DNA from: a virus
Length of the DNA: 64,000 bases
Strand: one strand, 5' to 3'
Virus record (IMG/VR): IMGVR_UViG_3300021197_000841
Coordinates: 1 to 64,000 of that record
Shown: piece after piece, positions 1-10,280 of the stretch
How the letters are laid out: each line of letters begins with the position of its first letter
Numbering within the stretch: position 1 is the stretch's first letter
Made by a program: the position numbers and the translations under genes
The notes under the pieces: generated by a model
Databases searched by the model: none
Seen by the model: only the letters and a program-made list of their open reading frames with translations
What the model was told of the DNA's origin: nothing

Positions 1-111
1 GTTACTATAATCAGAACGGTTATTGTGCTAGTTAATGTAGTATGTGCGTTCTTTATTATGACTAATATCGTACATAATTGGTAAAATAATCCAAAAAAAG
101 TGGCAAAAAGG

Positions 112-140
112 TTGACCTCTACCTGGTATTTTGCTATAAT
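112..140 (+). promoter_or_regulatory. Host sigma70-type early promoter
   Basis: TTGACC (112-117), 17-nt spacer, TG-n-TATAAT extended -10 (132-140), A-tracts upstream; AGGAG RBS at 166-170 before ATG 176. Confidence 0.85.
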
Positions 141-175
141 AGTTGTATAAGTTAAATAAAAAGGTAGGAGTTTTT

Positions 176-592
176 ATGTTTGTAATAGTAGATAAAAGTA
201 ACACTTCACTTCACAGTGAACCAACTCGTAAGTCATATCGTTCTAATCAGTATAAAACTGAAGCGGCGGCTAAGGCTGGTATCACTAGGACTGTTAAGTT
301 CTATGACAAGGCTAAGGCACAGGTTGCTGAAGTAGTTGCTGAAGGTAAATCAGAGTATTATGCTCCAATGTATAATGCGTTCAGAGACGCAACTGATAAG
401 GATTTAGGCAGAACTCATTGTGCTAATAAAGATAACTATGTTGTTATGTCATATGTTGACTACCAAGCAATTGAGCCCATGATTACTAGAACTGGTATTT
501 GCCCAGGGAACGGTAAAGAGATTACTGTTACCGAGAGCATCAATCAACCTCACTACTTGTCACCACTTAGTGAATCTTACTGGAGTGCGTAG
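176..592 (+). CDS. Hypothetical early phage protein (138 aa)
   Basis: ORF track 143..592; start moved to ATG 176 because of the AGGAG RBS and promoter position; no recognisable family. Confidence 0.8.
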   Translation: MFVIVDKSNTSLHSEPTRKSYRSNQYKTEAAAKAGITRTVKFYDKAKAQVAEVVAEGKSEYYAPMYNAFRDATDKDLGRTHCANKDNYVVMSYVDYQAIEPMITRTGICPGNGKEITVTESINQPHYLSPLSESYWSA

Positions 593-735
593 TGGGTAGT
601 ATTCTTTCAGCAATTTTAAATTTTTTACTTACATTTAATTTTATTGTGTGGGCAATTATTTGCTTCGCAATATTTGGTGTAAATTTTTGGACTATATCTT
701 TTGGTGTATTATCAATCTGGTCAATAATTAATTAA
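592..735 (+). CDS. Small hydrophobic membrane protein (47 aa), absent from the ORF track
   Basis: GTG overlaps the previous TAG (TAGTG); GGAG at 582-585; MGSILSAILNFLLTFNFIVWAIICFAIFGVNFWTISFGVLSIWSIIN has no charged residues and fills the gap exactly to the convergent gene. Confidence 0.65.
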   Translation: MGSILSAILNFLLTFNFIVWAIICFAIFGVNFWTISFGVLSIWSIIN

Positions 736-2144
736 CGTTGGTTATGTTTTTTATCAGGTCTACTAAACCACATCCAAAGTTCAGGATGCTGTCTATAGAT
801 ATCACCCAAAGTTAATCTTCCGTTTTCGCCATCCTTTCTAATATTGTGTATTATTTGTTGATATCCACGACCATTAAAAAATTGATCTTCTGCTGTATCA
901 GGAAATTCTTCTTGGAACGTAGGTGCTGTTAGCATACCTTCGAGTTCTCTAATAAGTGTTTGCTGTTTATCTGTTACAATTGGCCTAGCATAATCTAAAA
1001 CATCGTGTACAATTTCATCTAGTATGTGTCTAGGCCATGCCATAGGTGATAATACAATATCCGGATGAAACGCAAACATACGTTTTGTTTCTATTTTTAC
1101 ATCTAACTCTAAAGCATAGTCTAAGAAGTTTTTAAGATCAAACATTCCAGGACCTGTAATTGTTAAGTCCATTATCATTTTATCATGACCACCAGGTAGT
1201 GCTACACCTTCTCTAAAGTTGCGATCCCACTCATCCCATTTAAGTCCTGTACGAATAAATTCACCTATAGGACCTGTACCGTCAATACTAGCACACATGG
1301 TCCAATCTTTTGCTTGTGGTAACCAGTCATATAAATAATAGTCTTTGTATCTAACTCTACTTAGATTACTGTTATAACGTAAATGTACTTTGTGTAAATT
1401 ATTGTCTGACTGTAGTCTGTCCATTGACTGCCAATGTATGTCGTACATAAGAGGTTCGCCACCTACCCAATATAATTCTTCTACTGTACCTGACTTAATG
1501 TATTCCCAAAATTCTTCTTCTACTACTTCCTTCTGAAACTTCTCGATGATCTTCTTGTTCTCAGGAACCATAAACGGCTGTTGCTCCGGAGTCCAAAGGT
1601 TATGTTTTTTCTTTTCTGTTTCCCAACTTGAACTAAGTTGCTCGCCACACATACGGCATTTAAAATTGCATAAATTACTGTACCTATAATCAAAAGATAT
1701 AGGCTCCATTGTAGTTCTTCCATCTTCGTCTGTCTCCTCAAAGCACTGATCTATTTTATCATTGAATAAAAATCCTGTAAACCATTGTCTATATGTACTG
1801 CTACTTAATATACTATCGTTACACACATCACATTGTGGTATCTTTTCGCCTGCCATAAGTTTTTTTCTTATGTCCATCATGTAAGGCGAGTTCCAATGTT
1901 CTTTTAAACTTACTGGCTTGTAATCATCTATAGTACCAGACTCTCTTACTTCGCCGTACTTTTCGTCATTACTCGCATCAATGTACTGCTTTTGAAACTG
2001 GTGTTCCTCTCTACTGGCGCAACACATACGTCTTTCTGATTGCGGACTTATATAAGTATGCGTCCATGGAGCAGTACAGAATACCTTATTAGGCGAGTCT
2101 GGACTTACCGAACCGTGTTCCCAAATGGGTTTTATTTTACTCAT
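732..2144 (-). CDS. Radical SAM enzyme with N-terminal Twitch/SPASM-like Fe-S domain
   Basis: CNFKCRMC (CxxxCxxC), GGEP motif, N-terminal FCTAPW...MCC...CDVC. Confidence 0.9.
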   Translation of the reverse strand: MSKIKPIWEHGSVSPDSPNKVFCTAPWTHTYISPQSERRMCCASREEHQFQKQYIDASNDEKYGEVRESGTIDDYKPVSLKEHWNSPYMMDIRKKLMAGEKIPQCDVCNDSILSSSTYRQWFTGFLFNDKIDQCFEETDEDGRTTMEPISFDYRYSNLCNFKCRMCGEQLSSSWETEKKKHNLWTPEQQPFMVPENKKIIEKFQKEVVEEEFWEYIKSGTVEELYWVGGEPLMYDIHWQSMDRLQSDNNLHKVHLRYNSNLSRVRYKDYYLYDWLPQAKDWTMCASIDGTGPIGEFIRTGLKWDEWDRNFREGVALPGGHDKMIMDLTITGPGMFDLKNFLDYALELDVKIETKRMFAFHPDIVLSPMAWPRHILDEIVHDVLDYARPIVTDKQQTLIRELEGMLTAPTFQEEFPDTAEDQFFNGRGYQQIIHNIRKDGENGRLTLGDIYRQHPELWMWFSRPDKKHNQR

Positions 2145-2809
2145 ATTAAATCCTTTAATGGTGTGATAATATTTTTTAAATCGCCACCTCTACCATTTCT
2201 ATTAGCGGCATCTTCTTCTTCAATTTCTTCCCATGTACTAATATTGTAACCTGTACTAATACGCATAGCATCTTGCGGATTTTCATCTGCCCAATGTAAT
2301 ATGTGTGCTGGCATAAACGTAAAATGTCCTGAAAAGTTTTTTAGTGGTACTACCATTTTTTTGCCGTCTTTTTCATATGTATAATATGTAGTAGTACCTG
2401 TATCATTTATAACATAGTAACCGTGCCATGTACCATAATGGTTATGCGGTACTATTTTCTGTCCTTTGGGCCATACGTTTATCCAACTCTTAAAATAGTA
2501 GTCTTCATAATTATCGCCTGCTATCTCTAAACATTTCTTAATGTAAGGAAATATTAATTTCAAATTAGGAAATACATCAATACATTTATATTGATGATAT
2601 GTTGCCCAATCATAACTAGGATAATCATAGTTTAATTCATTAACAGTATCACTATTAGGGTACACTTCGAATCTTCTGTGTACTATATCATGATATATTT
2701 CACGCAAGTCACTAGGTATAATGCTACCTTCGATTAGTAGTTCATCACCTATTGATTTCTCGTCTAGGTGATATTCTATTGTTCTATTGTCCGCCAAGTC
2801 CGTCGGCAT
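2141..2809 (-). CDS. 2OG-Fe(II) oxygenase superfamily protein (TIGR02466-like)
   Basis: SWINV...PHNH...GYYV...FMPAHILHW...RIS pattern; start uncertain (ATG 2809 preferred over 2878). Confidence 0.7.
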   Translation of the reverse strand: MPTDLADNRTIEYHLDEKSIGDELLIEGSIIPSDLREIYHDIVHRRFEVYPNSDTVNELNYDYPSYDWATYHQYKCIDVFPNLKLIFPYIKKCLEIAGDNYEDYYFKSWINVWPKGQKIVPHNHYGTWHGYYVINDTGTTTYYTYEKDGKKMVVPLKNFSGHFTFMPAHILHWADENPQDAMRISTGYNISTWEEIEEEDAANRNGRGGDLKNIITPLKDLI

Positions 2810-4442
2810 CTGGATCCCATCCAATACTGCTACCCGACTTCTTCTTATAGTCCGGTTCGTCAGCATATTTTTTATCATCGTAATTATCTTGACTTTCGCC
2901 TGTTTTTCTAGTACGTTGTCTTACTTCTTTAACTTCCACAACACCGTCCTCATCGACTTCTCTGTGAGCAAAAACTTCTACATCACGCAACCCTTTTGGT
3001 TTTTGTATGTCGTCCTCAGGCTGTTCTAATTCAGTAAACGCCAAACTATCATACCATTCCACCATTCTTGGAAATGCTTTTCTAAAATCTAGTCCACGTC
3101 TTTTATCATACTGTTCATAAAATACTCTAAAGTCATGCTCTAGTAGTTCTCTATCAGCAGTATTTCTATGCGGTGTTTTAACAACATCTAAATATTCTAT
3201 TAGCCTAGTTAATTGTTCTTGTTCCCATGGTGCTACAAGATCTTGACCCCATGGATCTTTTTCATCTTTTTCTCTAACACCATTTAACCAGTCTTTAAGT
3301 TCAGTATGATATAATTGTCTTAAATGATCTGGCAATGTTAAAGCACTTTGAAAACTTGGGAAACGTAATATGTTTACACTAAATCTAGGTTTACTTGCCC
3401 CAAACTCTCGCTTCATTCCTAACATCCAATCTAAAAATTCTACTATGCTGTCTAAACATAAAGCATTAATTGTCATCATCATATGAAAGCCTTCCATATT
3501 ACCTTCACGAATCATTATAGCACAATTTTGTTTCCATTCTGACCAATTCAACCCGTCTCTAATGTATTCGCCGCCTAGTCCTGTAGCCTCGCCACTGGAA
3601 TATAAATGAAACTTTTCAACATGCTGAGTTGCTTCTGCTAGTTTTCTAATTAATGCCGGTTTGGCTCCTAGGTTACTGTTAATAGCAAAACGCATAGTCT
3701 TAGCATTAGGATGTATATCTCTATTATCTTTAAACCATTCAAACAGTCCCCATACACTATCACTCATTGTCGGTTCACCACCTGTGATTCTTAGTTCTTC
3801 TAATTCTAAACTTAGTTCAGGCCACCATTCCCAAAATGCTTTTACATAAGGATTTTCTTCATCTTTATCAAACGGATCGGCGTATGGAGCATCATCAATA
3901 AAATGGCCTCTAGCATCAGACTTGATGTTTTCATACCCGCCAAACTTTCTAATATCTTTTACCCATGTACTACTAAATGCTGGATTACAATAACTACATG
4001 CGAATTGGCATGTTCTATCAAACGCAATTTCTAATGTTTTTAAGTTTACATCATCCATTGGATCCATAGTAGCAATTTTTTCTATTTCTTCATCTGAATA
4101 TATAACAGTTTTAAATGTTCTGTCACTTACAGGTCTATGGCCGTCTGAGTCTTTTTCCATATCTTCAATCTTCCAGCAGTACTCACACTCTTTAGGGCGA
4201 GTACCCTCTAACATCATTTGACGCATTTTCTTTTTGTGTCTAGTATTATGTATTGCTGAAGGATTAGTTTTAATTTCTTCTTTGTCTATATTATGTGCCG
4301 GGGGATGGTGACAACTTGCTGTGCCTCCGTGACCTAACCATATAGTTGCGTTAAGCCATTTGGCCGCACAAAACGAATCTGATATAGGATCAATTACCCT
4401 ACTTCTATATTCGTTATCACTTTCATTTGCTTTTCTTGGCAT
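2784..4442 (-). CDS. Radical SAM enzyme with N-terminal Twitch/SPASM-like domain
   Basis: CQFACSYC, ITGGEP, FCAAKW...SCHH...CEYCW; C-terminal YDKRRG motif followed by a charged tail. Confidence 0.9.
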   Translation of the reverse strand: MPRKANESDNEYRSRVIDPISDSFCAAKWLNATIWLGHGGTASCHHPPAHNIDKEEIKTNPSAIHNTRHKKKMRQMMLEGTRPKECEYCWKIEDMEKDSDGHRPVSDRTFKTVIYSDEEIEKIATMDPMDDVNLKTLEIAFDRTCQFACSYCNPAFSSTWVKDIRKFGGYENIKSDARGHFIDDAPYADPFDKDEENPYVKAFWEWWPELSLELEELRITGGEPTMSDSVWGLFEWFKDNRDIHPNAKTMRFAINSNLGAKPALIRKLAEATQHVEKFHLYSSGEATGLGGEYIRDGLNWSEWKQNCAIMIREGNMEGFHMMMTINALCLDSIVEFLDWMLGMKREFGASKPRFSVNILRFPSFQSALTLPDHLRQLYHTELKDWLNGVREKDEKDPWGQDLVAPWEQEQLTRLIEYLDVVKTPHRNTADRELLEHDFRVFYEQYDKRRGLDFRKAFPRMVEWYDSLAFTELEQPEDDIQKPKGLRDVEVFAHREVDEDGVVEVKEVRQRTRKTGESQDNYDDKKYADEPDYKKKSGSSIGWDPDADGLGGQ

Positions 4443-4443
4443 T

Positions 4444-5982
4444 CTATTCTCCTGTTAAGGCATTCGCCTGTTCGCACATATTCCACCAATCTTCCATCTC
4501 AGGATATGTTGCTAAAAAGTCTGTGCCTCTTCTAGCATCGTGTTGAGTAAAGAACTTGTAAAAATTTGTCCTTGATTTTAACTGTTCTTCTTGTGACATT
4601 TTTCTACCTTCCTTCATCCAGGCAAGGTTTCTTCTAACCTTATCTATTTCGAAATCTTTAAATCCTCTATAGTCTATATTTACTTCATCTGCCTCATTTA
4701 ACTCCATAAATGCGATGGCTTCTTCTAGGTAATCCTCGTACTGTTGTGGCATTGTTTGTATACATTGCCAAAGTGGTGCTCTCAGTAAAGGAATATCAAA
4801 CCATATACGTTGCTTAGGACGAATTTCATAATCATCATGTTTATGATCACCGTTGTCAGGAATAGGTATATACTTTGTTCCTTGTACATCTTTAGCATAC
4901 TGTTCTCTTAAGTCTAGTATCCATTGTAAATAGTCACGTAAACTTGTAAGACTAAGCGAGTTAAATGTATTAATAAATGTTATTGTAGTATTATCTGTTT
5001 CAGTTAATATACGTTGTACATTATCCTGTAGCATTTGAAAATCCAGTCCGTTACGCATATACTCTGCTTGTGAGCCAAAGCCATCAACACTTACAAATAC
5101 TGCGAAGTTCTTACATGCTGGTGCTACATACCAGTTATTCCCTGAGTTTGGATTAAACTTTTCCGGGTCCTCCCATATTTGTATCTCTTCTAATTTCTGT
5201 AGCGATTCAATGAACTTATCCATTAGCACTGGCTTAGGTGGACACATATTAGATGTCACACTCATTTCTAACCATGCATTAGGGTTAGCATACACATAAT
5301 CTAAAACTTTAAATGTATTGCTATCCATTAACGGCTCACCGCCTGTCATACGAAAAACTTCTAAGTCTTTGTACATTTCAGGCCACCATTTCCAAAACGC
5401 AGTAACGTATGGATTTTCTGCTTGTGATAATTTTAAAGGCATCAGTCCAGCATTCTTTAAACTGTTAATGTTGTTGTGTTCGCCACCAACTATATCATAC
5501 GGACCGTGCTCTTTTATTTCTTTTTCCCAACTGTTGGATAGGTGAGGCGAGCAGTAACTACACTTGAAATTACATGCTTGGTTGAAATTTACTTCAACGT
5601 AACGTGGGTTGATGTTTCCATCAGCACCAGCATCAGCGATATCTTCCCTGGCATTTTGTGCCCAGTACTCGCCACTCCTATAAACTCTATCACTTCTACC
5701 GCCAACATCTTCTATACGCCAGCAGTAAGAACAACCATCAGGCCGTTCGCCTGCTAACATTTGTCTGCGTTGTTCCTTCTTTTCTTCAGTATTATGTAAT
5801 GCTGAAGGATTAACTTCTAATTCTTCTAATGGTATTTTATGTGTAGGCGGATGATAACAACTATGTGTCATTCCATTATGTAAATGCATAGACACCTGTG
5901 CCCATTTGGCATAACACATGCTAGGACTAATTGCGTCTAATTGTTCGTTGGCCTTATCAGCGGCCTGATCATAATTACTCAT
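4444..5982 (-). CDS. Radical SAM enzyme with N-terminal Twitch/SPASM-like domain
   Basis: CNFKCSYC, MTGGEP, MCYAKW...SCYH...CSYCW; clear paralogue of 2784..4442. Confidence 0.9.
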   Translation of the reverse strand: MSNYDQAADKANEQLDAISPSMCYAKWAQVSMHLHNGMTHSCYHPPTHKIPLEELEVNPSALHNTEEKKEQRRQMLAGERPDGCSYCWRIEDVGGRSDRVYRSGEYWAQNAREDIADAGADGNINPRYVEVNFNQACNFKCSYCSPHLSNSWEKEIKEHGPYDIVGGEHNNINSLKNAGLMPLKLSQAENPYVTAFWKWWPEMYKDLEVFRMTGGEPLMDSNTFKVLDYVYANPNAWLEMSVTSNMCPPKPVLMDKFIESLQKLEEIQIWEDPEKFNPNSGNNWYVAPACKNFAVFVSVDGFGSQAEYMRNGLDFQMLQDNVQRILTETDNTTITFINTFNSLSLTSLRDYLQWILDLREQYAKDVQGTKYIPIPDNGDHKHDDYEIRPKQRIWFDIPLLRAPLWQCIQTMPQQYEDYLEEAIAFMELNEADEVNIDYRGFKDFEIDKVRRNLAWMKEGRKMSQEEQLKSRTNFYKFFTQHDARRGTDFLATYPEMEDWWNMCEQANALTGE

Positions 5983-6586
5983 TTTTATATTTTAAAAGAT
6001 CTATAACGATCTTATCCATGCCTAGGTCAATAAGTGCTAGGTCTGTTTTTTTATTTACAAGCATTACAAGGTCTTTTGCGTATTGCTTTATATTATTGGT
6101 ATCAATACCGCTAGGACTAACACAAAATGCTGTAGTGACGCTGTTAGACGCACTAAACACTACTTGCTGTAGCATACTTCTTAGTACAGCATACATTACA
6201 TATTGGTTAGACTTATATGGCCATGATGTAATTGAACTACTTATAGAACATATATTAACTGGCTCGTTTCTGCTTTCTAGCCATTTAATTAGTTTAACAA
6301 AGAATAGAAACACAGGAGAATAAGTTGTCAGCATATTAGACATATCTTCTACACTGATATCTTTATAATTTTGTGTGTCTATTTGTAATGCTATACTTTC
6401 TTCTATGTTAGCATTTAATATAACTATATCCGGTATTACTTTACCGTCTATGAATAAATCAAAATTGTTATAGTCTATATTGTCTCTGCCAAAACCATAT
6501 GTTGATATGCCTTGACTTTCCATTTCAAATCGTATGGCCTGCGAGAAGTTAGACGTATTACCAAAGATCCATGCTAATTTTTTCAT
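5975..6586 (-). CDS. Divergent short-chain dehydrogenase/reductase-like (Rossmann) protein
   Basis: AWIFGNTSNFS, VILNA, ISSS, YAVLR (YxxxK position holds R), VSPSG; ATGA overlap with the upstream gene sets the start at 6586. Confidence 0.55.
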   Translation of the reverse strand: MKKLAWIFGNTSNFSQAIRFEMESQGISTYGFGRDNIDYNNFDLFIDGKVIPDIVILNANIEESIALQIDTQNYKDISVEDMSNMLTTYSPVFLFFVKLIKWLESRNEPVNICSISSSITSWPYKSNQYVMYAVLRSMLQQVVFSASNSVTTAFCVSPSGIDTNNIKQYAKDLVMLVNKKTDLALIDLGMDKIVIDLLKYKNE

Positions 6587-7542
6587 CTTCCAATTAGACC
6601 CTGCTCTAATAAATCTTGTATTTGTCTTTCTGTTACCATTGCTCCCCATCGTTTAGGGTTTACAAAAGTTGCTTTGAAGAATTTACTCATTTGATCGTTT
6701 GGATCAAACAACATCATTCCTTGTACTTCTTCATTTAGTCTATTACCGATAGCAATAGTTTTTTCTATTAGATGTTGGTCGCTGTCTATGTAACTTCTTT
6801 CTTTTTCGAAGAAGTCTTTGAACCAATCGTAGTCTGATATTTGATTTGTGTCCCAATCACTAAGTACTGTTTTTTCACATCCAAGTCTTGCTCCGTATAT
6901 TGCCCACCATCCGTTCTCAACGTCTGTGCCAACATTACACCAAACATTTAGTCTGTTGAAATTACCGTACCATATTTTATCCTGGAACTCATGTGCTTTT
7001 ACTCTAGCACCTTGATCTAAACTTAGTTTAACACCTTCTCTGAATCCTGCTCTAAAGGCCTGGAAAGGACTTGCTGTCTGATGTACTTCTGAGAATATAT
7101 CATTCATTTGTATGTAGTTTAACTTCCAACAAAACTCCATTCCTTCGCCATCTACTGCGGCTTCGTGGGTGTTAATACCCAGTGTATACTCTTTAGGCCA
7201 GCACTTTAAACCGCCGTTTCCGTATACTAATCCATTTAATAAGTTCTTGGCGTTCCAACTAAATATGCTTTCTGATATATCATTACCGTCATGATCCTTT
7301 TCAGGAAACTCTAATGTATTCTCAAAGAACTCATCCATAACAATGTTATCACCATCTACTGTGATAAAGCGATCTGTTTCTGATTGTTCAGCACATGCCT
7401 TGTGTGCGGCATCAAAACCTTTTACACCGTGTACTCGTTTCGCCCAAGGGACCTTGTTTAATAAGTCTGCCCAGTTTTCTTCACAGTTAGGTTCGTCATA
7501 ACTGATATAAAAAATGTCTAGTTCTGTTACGTCTATTTTCAT
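6583..7542 (-). CDS. GT-A fold glycosyltransferase-like protein
   Basis: DIFYISYDEP...GFDAAHKAC...FITVDGD (DxD)...YGNGGLK...QAFRAGFRE. Confidence 0.65.
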   Translation of the reverse strand: MKIDVTELDIFYISYDEPNCEENWADLLNKVPWAKRVHGVKGFDAAHKACAEQSETDRFITVDGDNIVMDEFFENTLEFPEKDHDGNDISESIFSWNAKNLLNGLVYGNGGLKCWPKEYTLGINTHEAAVDGEGMEFCWKLNYIQMNDIFSEVHQTASPFQAFRAGFREGVKLSLDQGARVKAHEFQDKIWYGNFNRLNVWCNVGTDVENGWWAIYGARLGCEKTVLSDWDTNQISDYDWFKDFFEKERSYIDSDQHLIEKTIAIGNRLNEEVQGMMLFDPNDQMSKFFKATFVNPKRWGAMVTERQIQDLLEQGLIGR

Positions 7543-8177
7543 GTTGTTACCTTATACTCATACTTATCAAATATTTTCTTAGTAAACAAATCACATTCTG
7601 ATAATTCGCTACTAACCTTATATACTTGCTTTCCTTCTTTAAATAATTTTACTAAGTCAACTTTTATACTGTCAAACATAAAGTGCGGATCATTCGCTGT
7701 AGTAAAATACAAATTTATAAAGCCTACACCTTTGAATGTAAAATTATTAATATCCAGATTCTGTGTAACGTTTGACCGCAGTTTTTCATTTATGGATACT
7801 ATTAAATTTACTAATGGATCTGCGGGAGTATATTCTATTTTAATGTCATAAGCAGAAGTTAATGATGTTTTCTTTTTAACAATGCTTAACATACTAGTAG
7901 CAGACTTAAATGATTCTAATTCTATTTGTTTGTTTACTAATGTAAATACACCTTCTGTAGTAGGATCAACAATAATTAAAAAATCATTAACAGTCTTATC
8001 TGGGGACTCTTCTATAATTCTACATTGTTCATATGATAAAACAGCATGATTTGATTGTACATACTCGTCTGATTCGGATCTACCGTAATATAATATGCTA
8101 CCAGAGTCATCAAAGTAAAAATGTTTATCACTTTGTTTTTGTGCCTTCCTTGCTAGTTCTAACTCATGTAATTTCAT
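7539..8177 (-). CDS. Hypothetical protein
   Basis: 212-aa ORF overlapping both neighbours within the operon. Confidence 0.8.
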   Translation of the reverse strand: MKLHELELARKAQKQSDKHFYFDDSGSILYYGRSESDEYVQSNHAVLSYEQCRIIEESPDKTVNDFLIIVDPTTEGVFTLVNKQIELESFKSATSMLSIVKKKTSLTSAYDIKIEYTPADPLVNLIVSINEKLRSNVTQNLDINNFTFKGVGFINLYFTTANDPHFMFDSIKVDLVKLFKEGKQVYKVSSELSECDLFTKKIFDKYEYKVTT

Positions 8178-9027
8178 TTTCTAAACTCTTAATAATATCG
8201 TCTGTTAACCAATTTTTATCTACATAATGAAACGGGTATTGCTGTTGAAAGTTTCCTACTTTAAATGTTTTTATGTTGCTAAAATATGTAGGCATACTAA
8301 GTGTCCACTTCTCATCTAAGAATGAACCACTAGGCACATCTTGTATAAAACTTTTCATATGTGTAAATGTAGGTAATTCTTTTAAGTCATTTACTGTTGC
8401 TTCTTCCTCAATACCTAAAAGTTGTATTGCTAGAGCGTACACGACGTCAGCACTTAATTTTTCAGGCTTGCCGTTTGGCATGTATTTAAAAAAGAAACGT
8501 TGCCAATTTTGGAATATAATTTCAACAAATTTAAAAAACTCTGTGGCCTTTTCTGATTTTTTAAAATAAAAGAAAGCAGTATAAACATTTGGCATATTAT
8601 TTTTTATAAAATATTCTCTGTAATACATATTATGATCTACAGCATTCTCGCCTCTATATGTTTTAACATTTGTACATGCCCATATATCTCTTTCGCATAA
8701 TGTGTCCCACCAATGACTAACGTCTGTAGGGAATACCATATCAGTATCTAATATAACTGTTTCATCATATGGTGACATATAATAGTATTTCCATTTGTTA
8801 TCTATTTTCCAATCAGAATCTTTAGCATCATCTTCCCATGGTATTTCAACAACTTGATCAAATACTTCTAAATATTTTTTAGGTACTTTAGTTCCCTTGT
8901 CCACACATACACACAGATTGCTTACAGTCGTCTGTGTTGCTTTTAAACTTAATGCTAGACCATATGCCATCCTTAAATAATCTGTATCTCCTGAGTTTTG
9001 AGCAATAACAATATATCCCCTACTCAT
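8164..9027 (-). CDS. GT8-like glycosyltransferase
   Basis: YLRMAYGLALSLK...KW..Y.MSPYDETVILDTD (DxD)...FHYVDK; start at MSRGY. Confidence 0.7.
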   Translation of the reverse strand: MSRGYIVIAQNSGDTDYLRMAYGLALSLKATQTTVSNLCVCVDKGTKVPKKYLEVFDQVVEIPWEDDAKDSDWKIDNKWKYYYMSPYDETVILDTDMVFPTDVSHWWDTLCERDIWACTNVKTYRGENAVDHNMYYREYFIKNNMPNVYTAFFYFKKSEKATEFFKFVEIIFQNWQRFFFKYMPNGKPEKLSADVVYALAIQLLGIEEEATVNDLKELPTFTHMKSFIQDVPSGSFLDEKWTLSMPTYFSNIKTFKVGNFQQQYPFHYVDKNWLTDDIIKSLENEIT

Positions 9028-9898
9028 AATACATCTCCAACAATGTGTCAGCATGTCTTTGTAATGCCCATTTGTTCATTATATGTAAGTCAACATCTTT
9101 CCACCTACACAAATGAAAGTCAGCATTTGTTCTAACTTTTTCAACAAACATCGTAATATCATTTACGTCATTAATTGAATGTATGTCATCCCAATCAAAT
9201 GTTTTATACATTCTTTCTATTGGTAGTTGTGGCTGTGCTTCACTTTGAAATCCGTTCATAACATGTGCGGCAACACTAAAACTATAATCGTTTCTGTATA
9301 TAGAACCTGGTAAGTTATATAAATCTTTATAAAAAGGCCAATTCTCTTTTACATGTTTTACTATTTCAAAGAAACTTTGAGTGTATGCTGTCTTTTGAAA
9401 ATAACATACAGTTGCCCAATACATAGTTATTCCTATGTCGTCTACACGCCTCCAGGTATTTTCTCTTTTAAATTGTATATCCTGTACATTGTGGTGTAGC
9501 ATTAATTCGTTTTTGTGACCCCAGCAGTTGTTTAAACTGTCGCTGAGTATCAAGTAGTCTACATCTAAAACTATGGTTTCATCATATGGTGAAATATCAA
9601 ATGAGTCACATCTATTAGCATTGTAAAATGATAAACTTTTTACACTATGATTAGTGTCTCTAAAGTTTCTATAGTTTTTACGTTTGAATTCTTGATCCTT
9701 ATCGGTAAGGATAATGTTAGGTATATACTTGTCTACGTTTAAATTTTTAGAAGTATATTCAAGTGAGTTAGAATCAGTAACAACCGTTATGTTCTCTAAG
9801 CCTAAATTATACCTAGCCATAGTGCTAGACATACAAGCAAGTTTTAGATAATCTATTTCTGGATTGTTATGAGCAAAAAATAGTAGTCCTTTAGTCAT
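9020..9898 (-). CDS. GT8-like glycosyltransferase (paralogue of 8164..9027)
   Basis: SPYDETIVLDVD (DxD), YRNDYSFSVA, HIMNK. Confidence 0.7.
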   Translation of the reverse strand: MTKGLLFFAHNNPEIDYLKLACMSSTMARYNLGLENITVVTDSNSLEYTSKNLNVDKYIPNIILTDKDQEFKRKNYRNFRDTNHSVKSLSFYNANRCDSFDISPYDETIVLDVDYLILSDSLNNCWGHKNELMLHHNVQDIQFKRENTWRRVDDIGITMYWATVCYFQKTAYTQSFFEIVKHVKENWPFYKDLYNLPGSIYRNDYSFSVAAHVMNGFQSEAQPQLPIERMYKTFDWDDIHSINDVNDITMFVEKVRTNADFHLCRWKDVDLHIMNKWALQRHADTLLEMYYE

Positions 9899-10253
9899 CC
9901 TGCTCTATGTCCAAAAGTTTATGGACTTTACGAGCCTGTCTTAACTTAACATATTCAGCATGGTAATCGTTTGTAACTTCAAAATATTTGCTTGTGATGT
10001 TTTCAAGGAAGTCTGCTAAATCGTCGATTTGAATTGGGTTTTGGAAGTTGTCAATTAGTATAACATCTTCTGTATATTCTTGACGAATAAGAGAGTCAAC
10101 AAAAGTAATCAACTCTCTTGAAATTGTAAAAGTACCGCCATTGATACTGTAAATTAATTTTGTTTGTAGTTTAGATCGCAACGATACTAACTGATTATTA
10201 AGTGTTAACCTGTAATTAGCAAACTCTAATGCTTTAGTAAGTCTTTCGCTCAT
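9891..10253 (-). CDS. Hypothetical protein, first gene of the modification operon
   Basis: 120-aa ORF with AGGA RBS and an upstream TAAATA box. Confidence 0.8.
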   Translation of the reverse strand: MSERLTKALEFANYRLTLNNQLVSLRSKLQTKLIYSINGGTFTISRELITFVDSLIRQEYTEDVILIDNFQNPIQIDDLADFLENITSKYFEVTNDYHAEYVKLRQARKVHKLLDIEQDD

Positions 10254-10280
10254 GTAAGTCCTGTGTGTAGTTTATAATAC

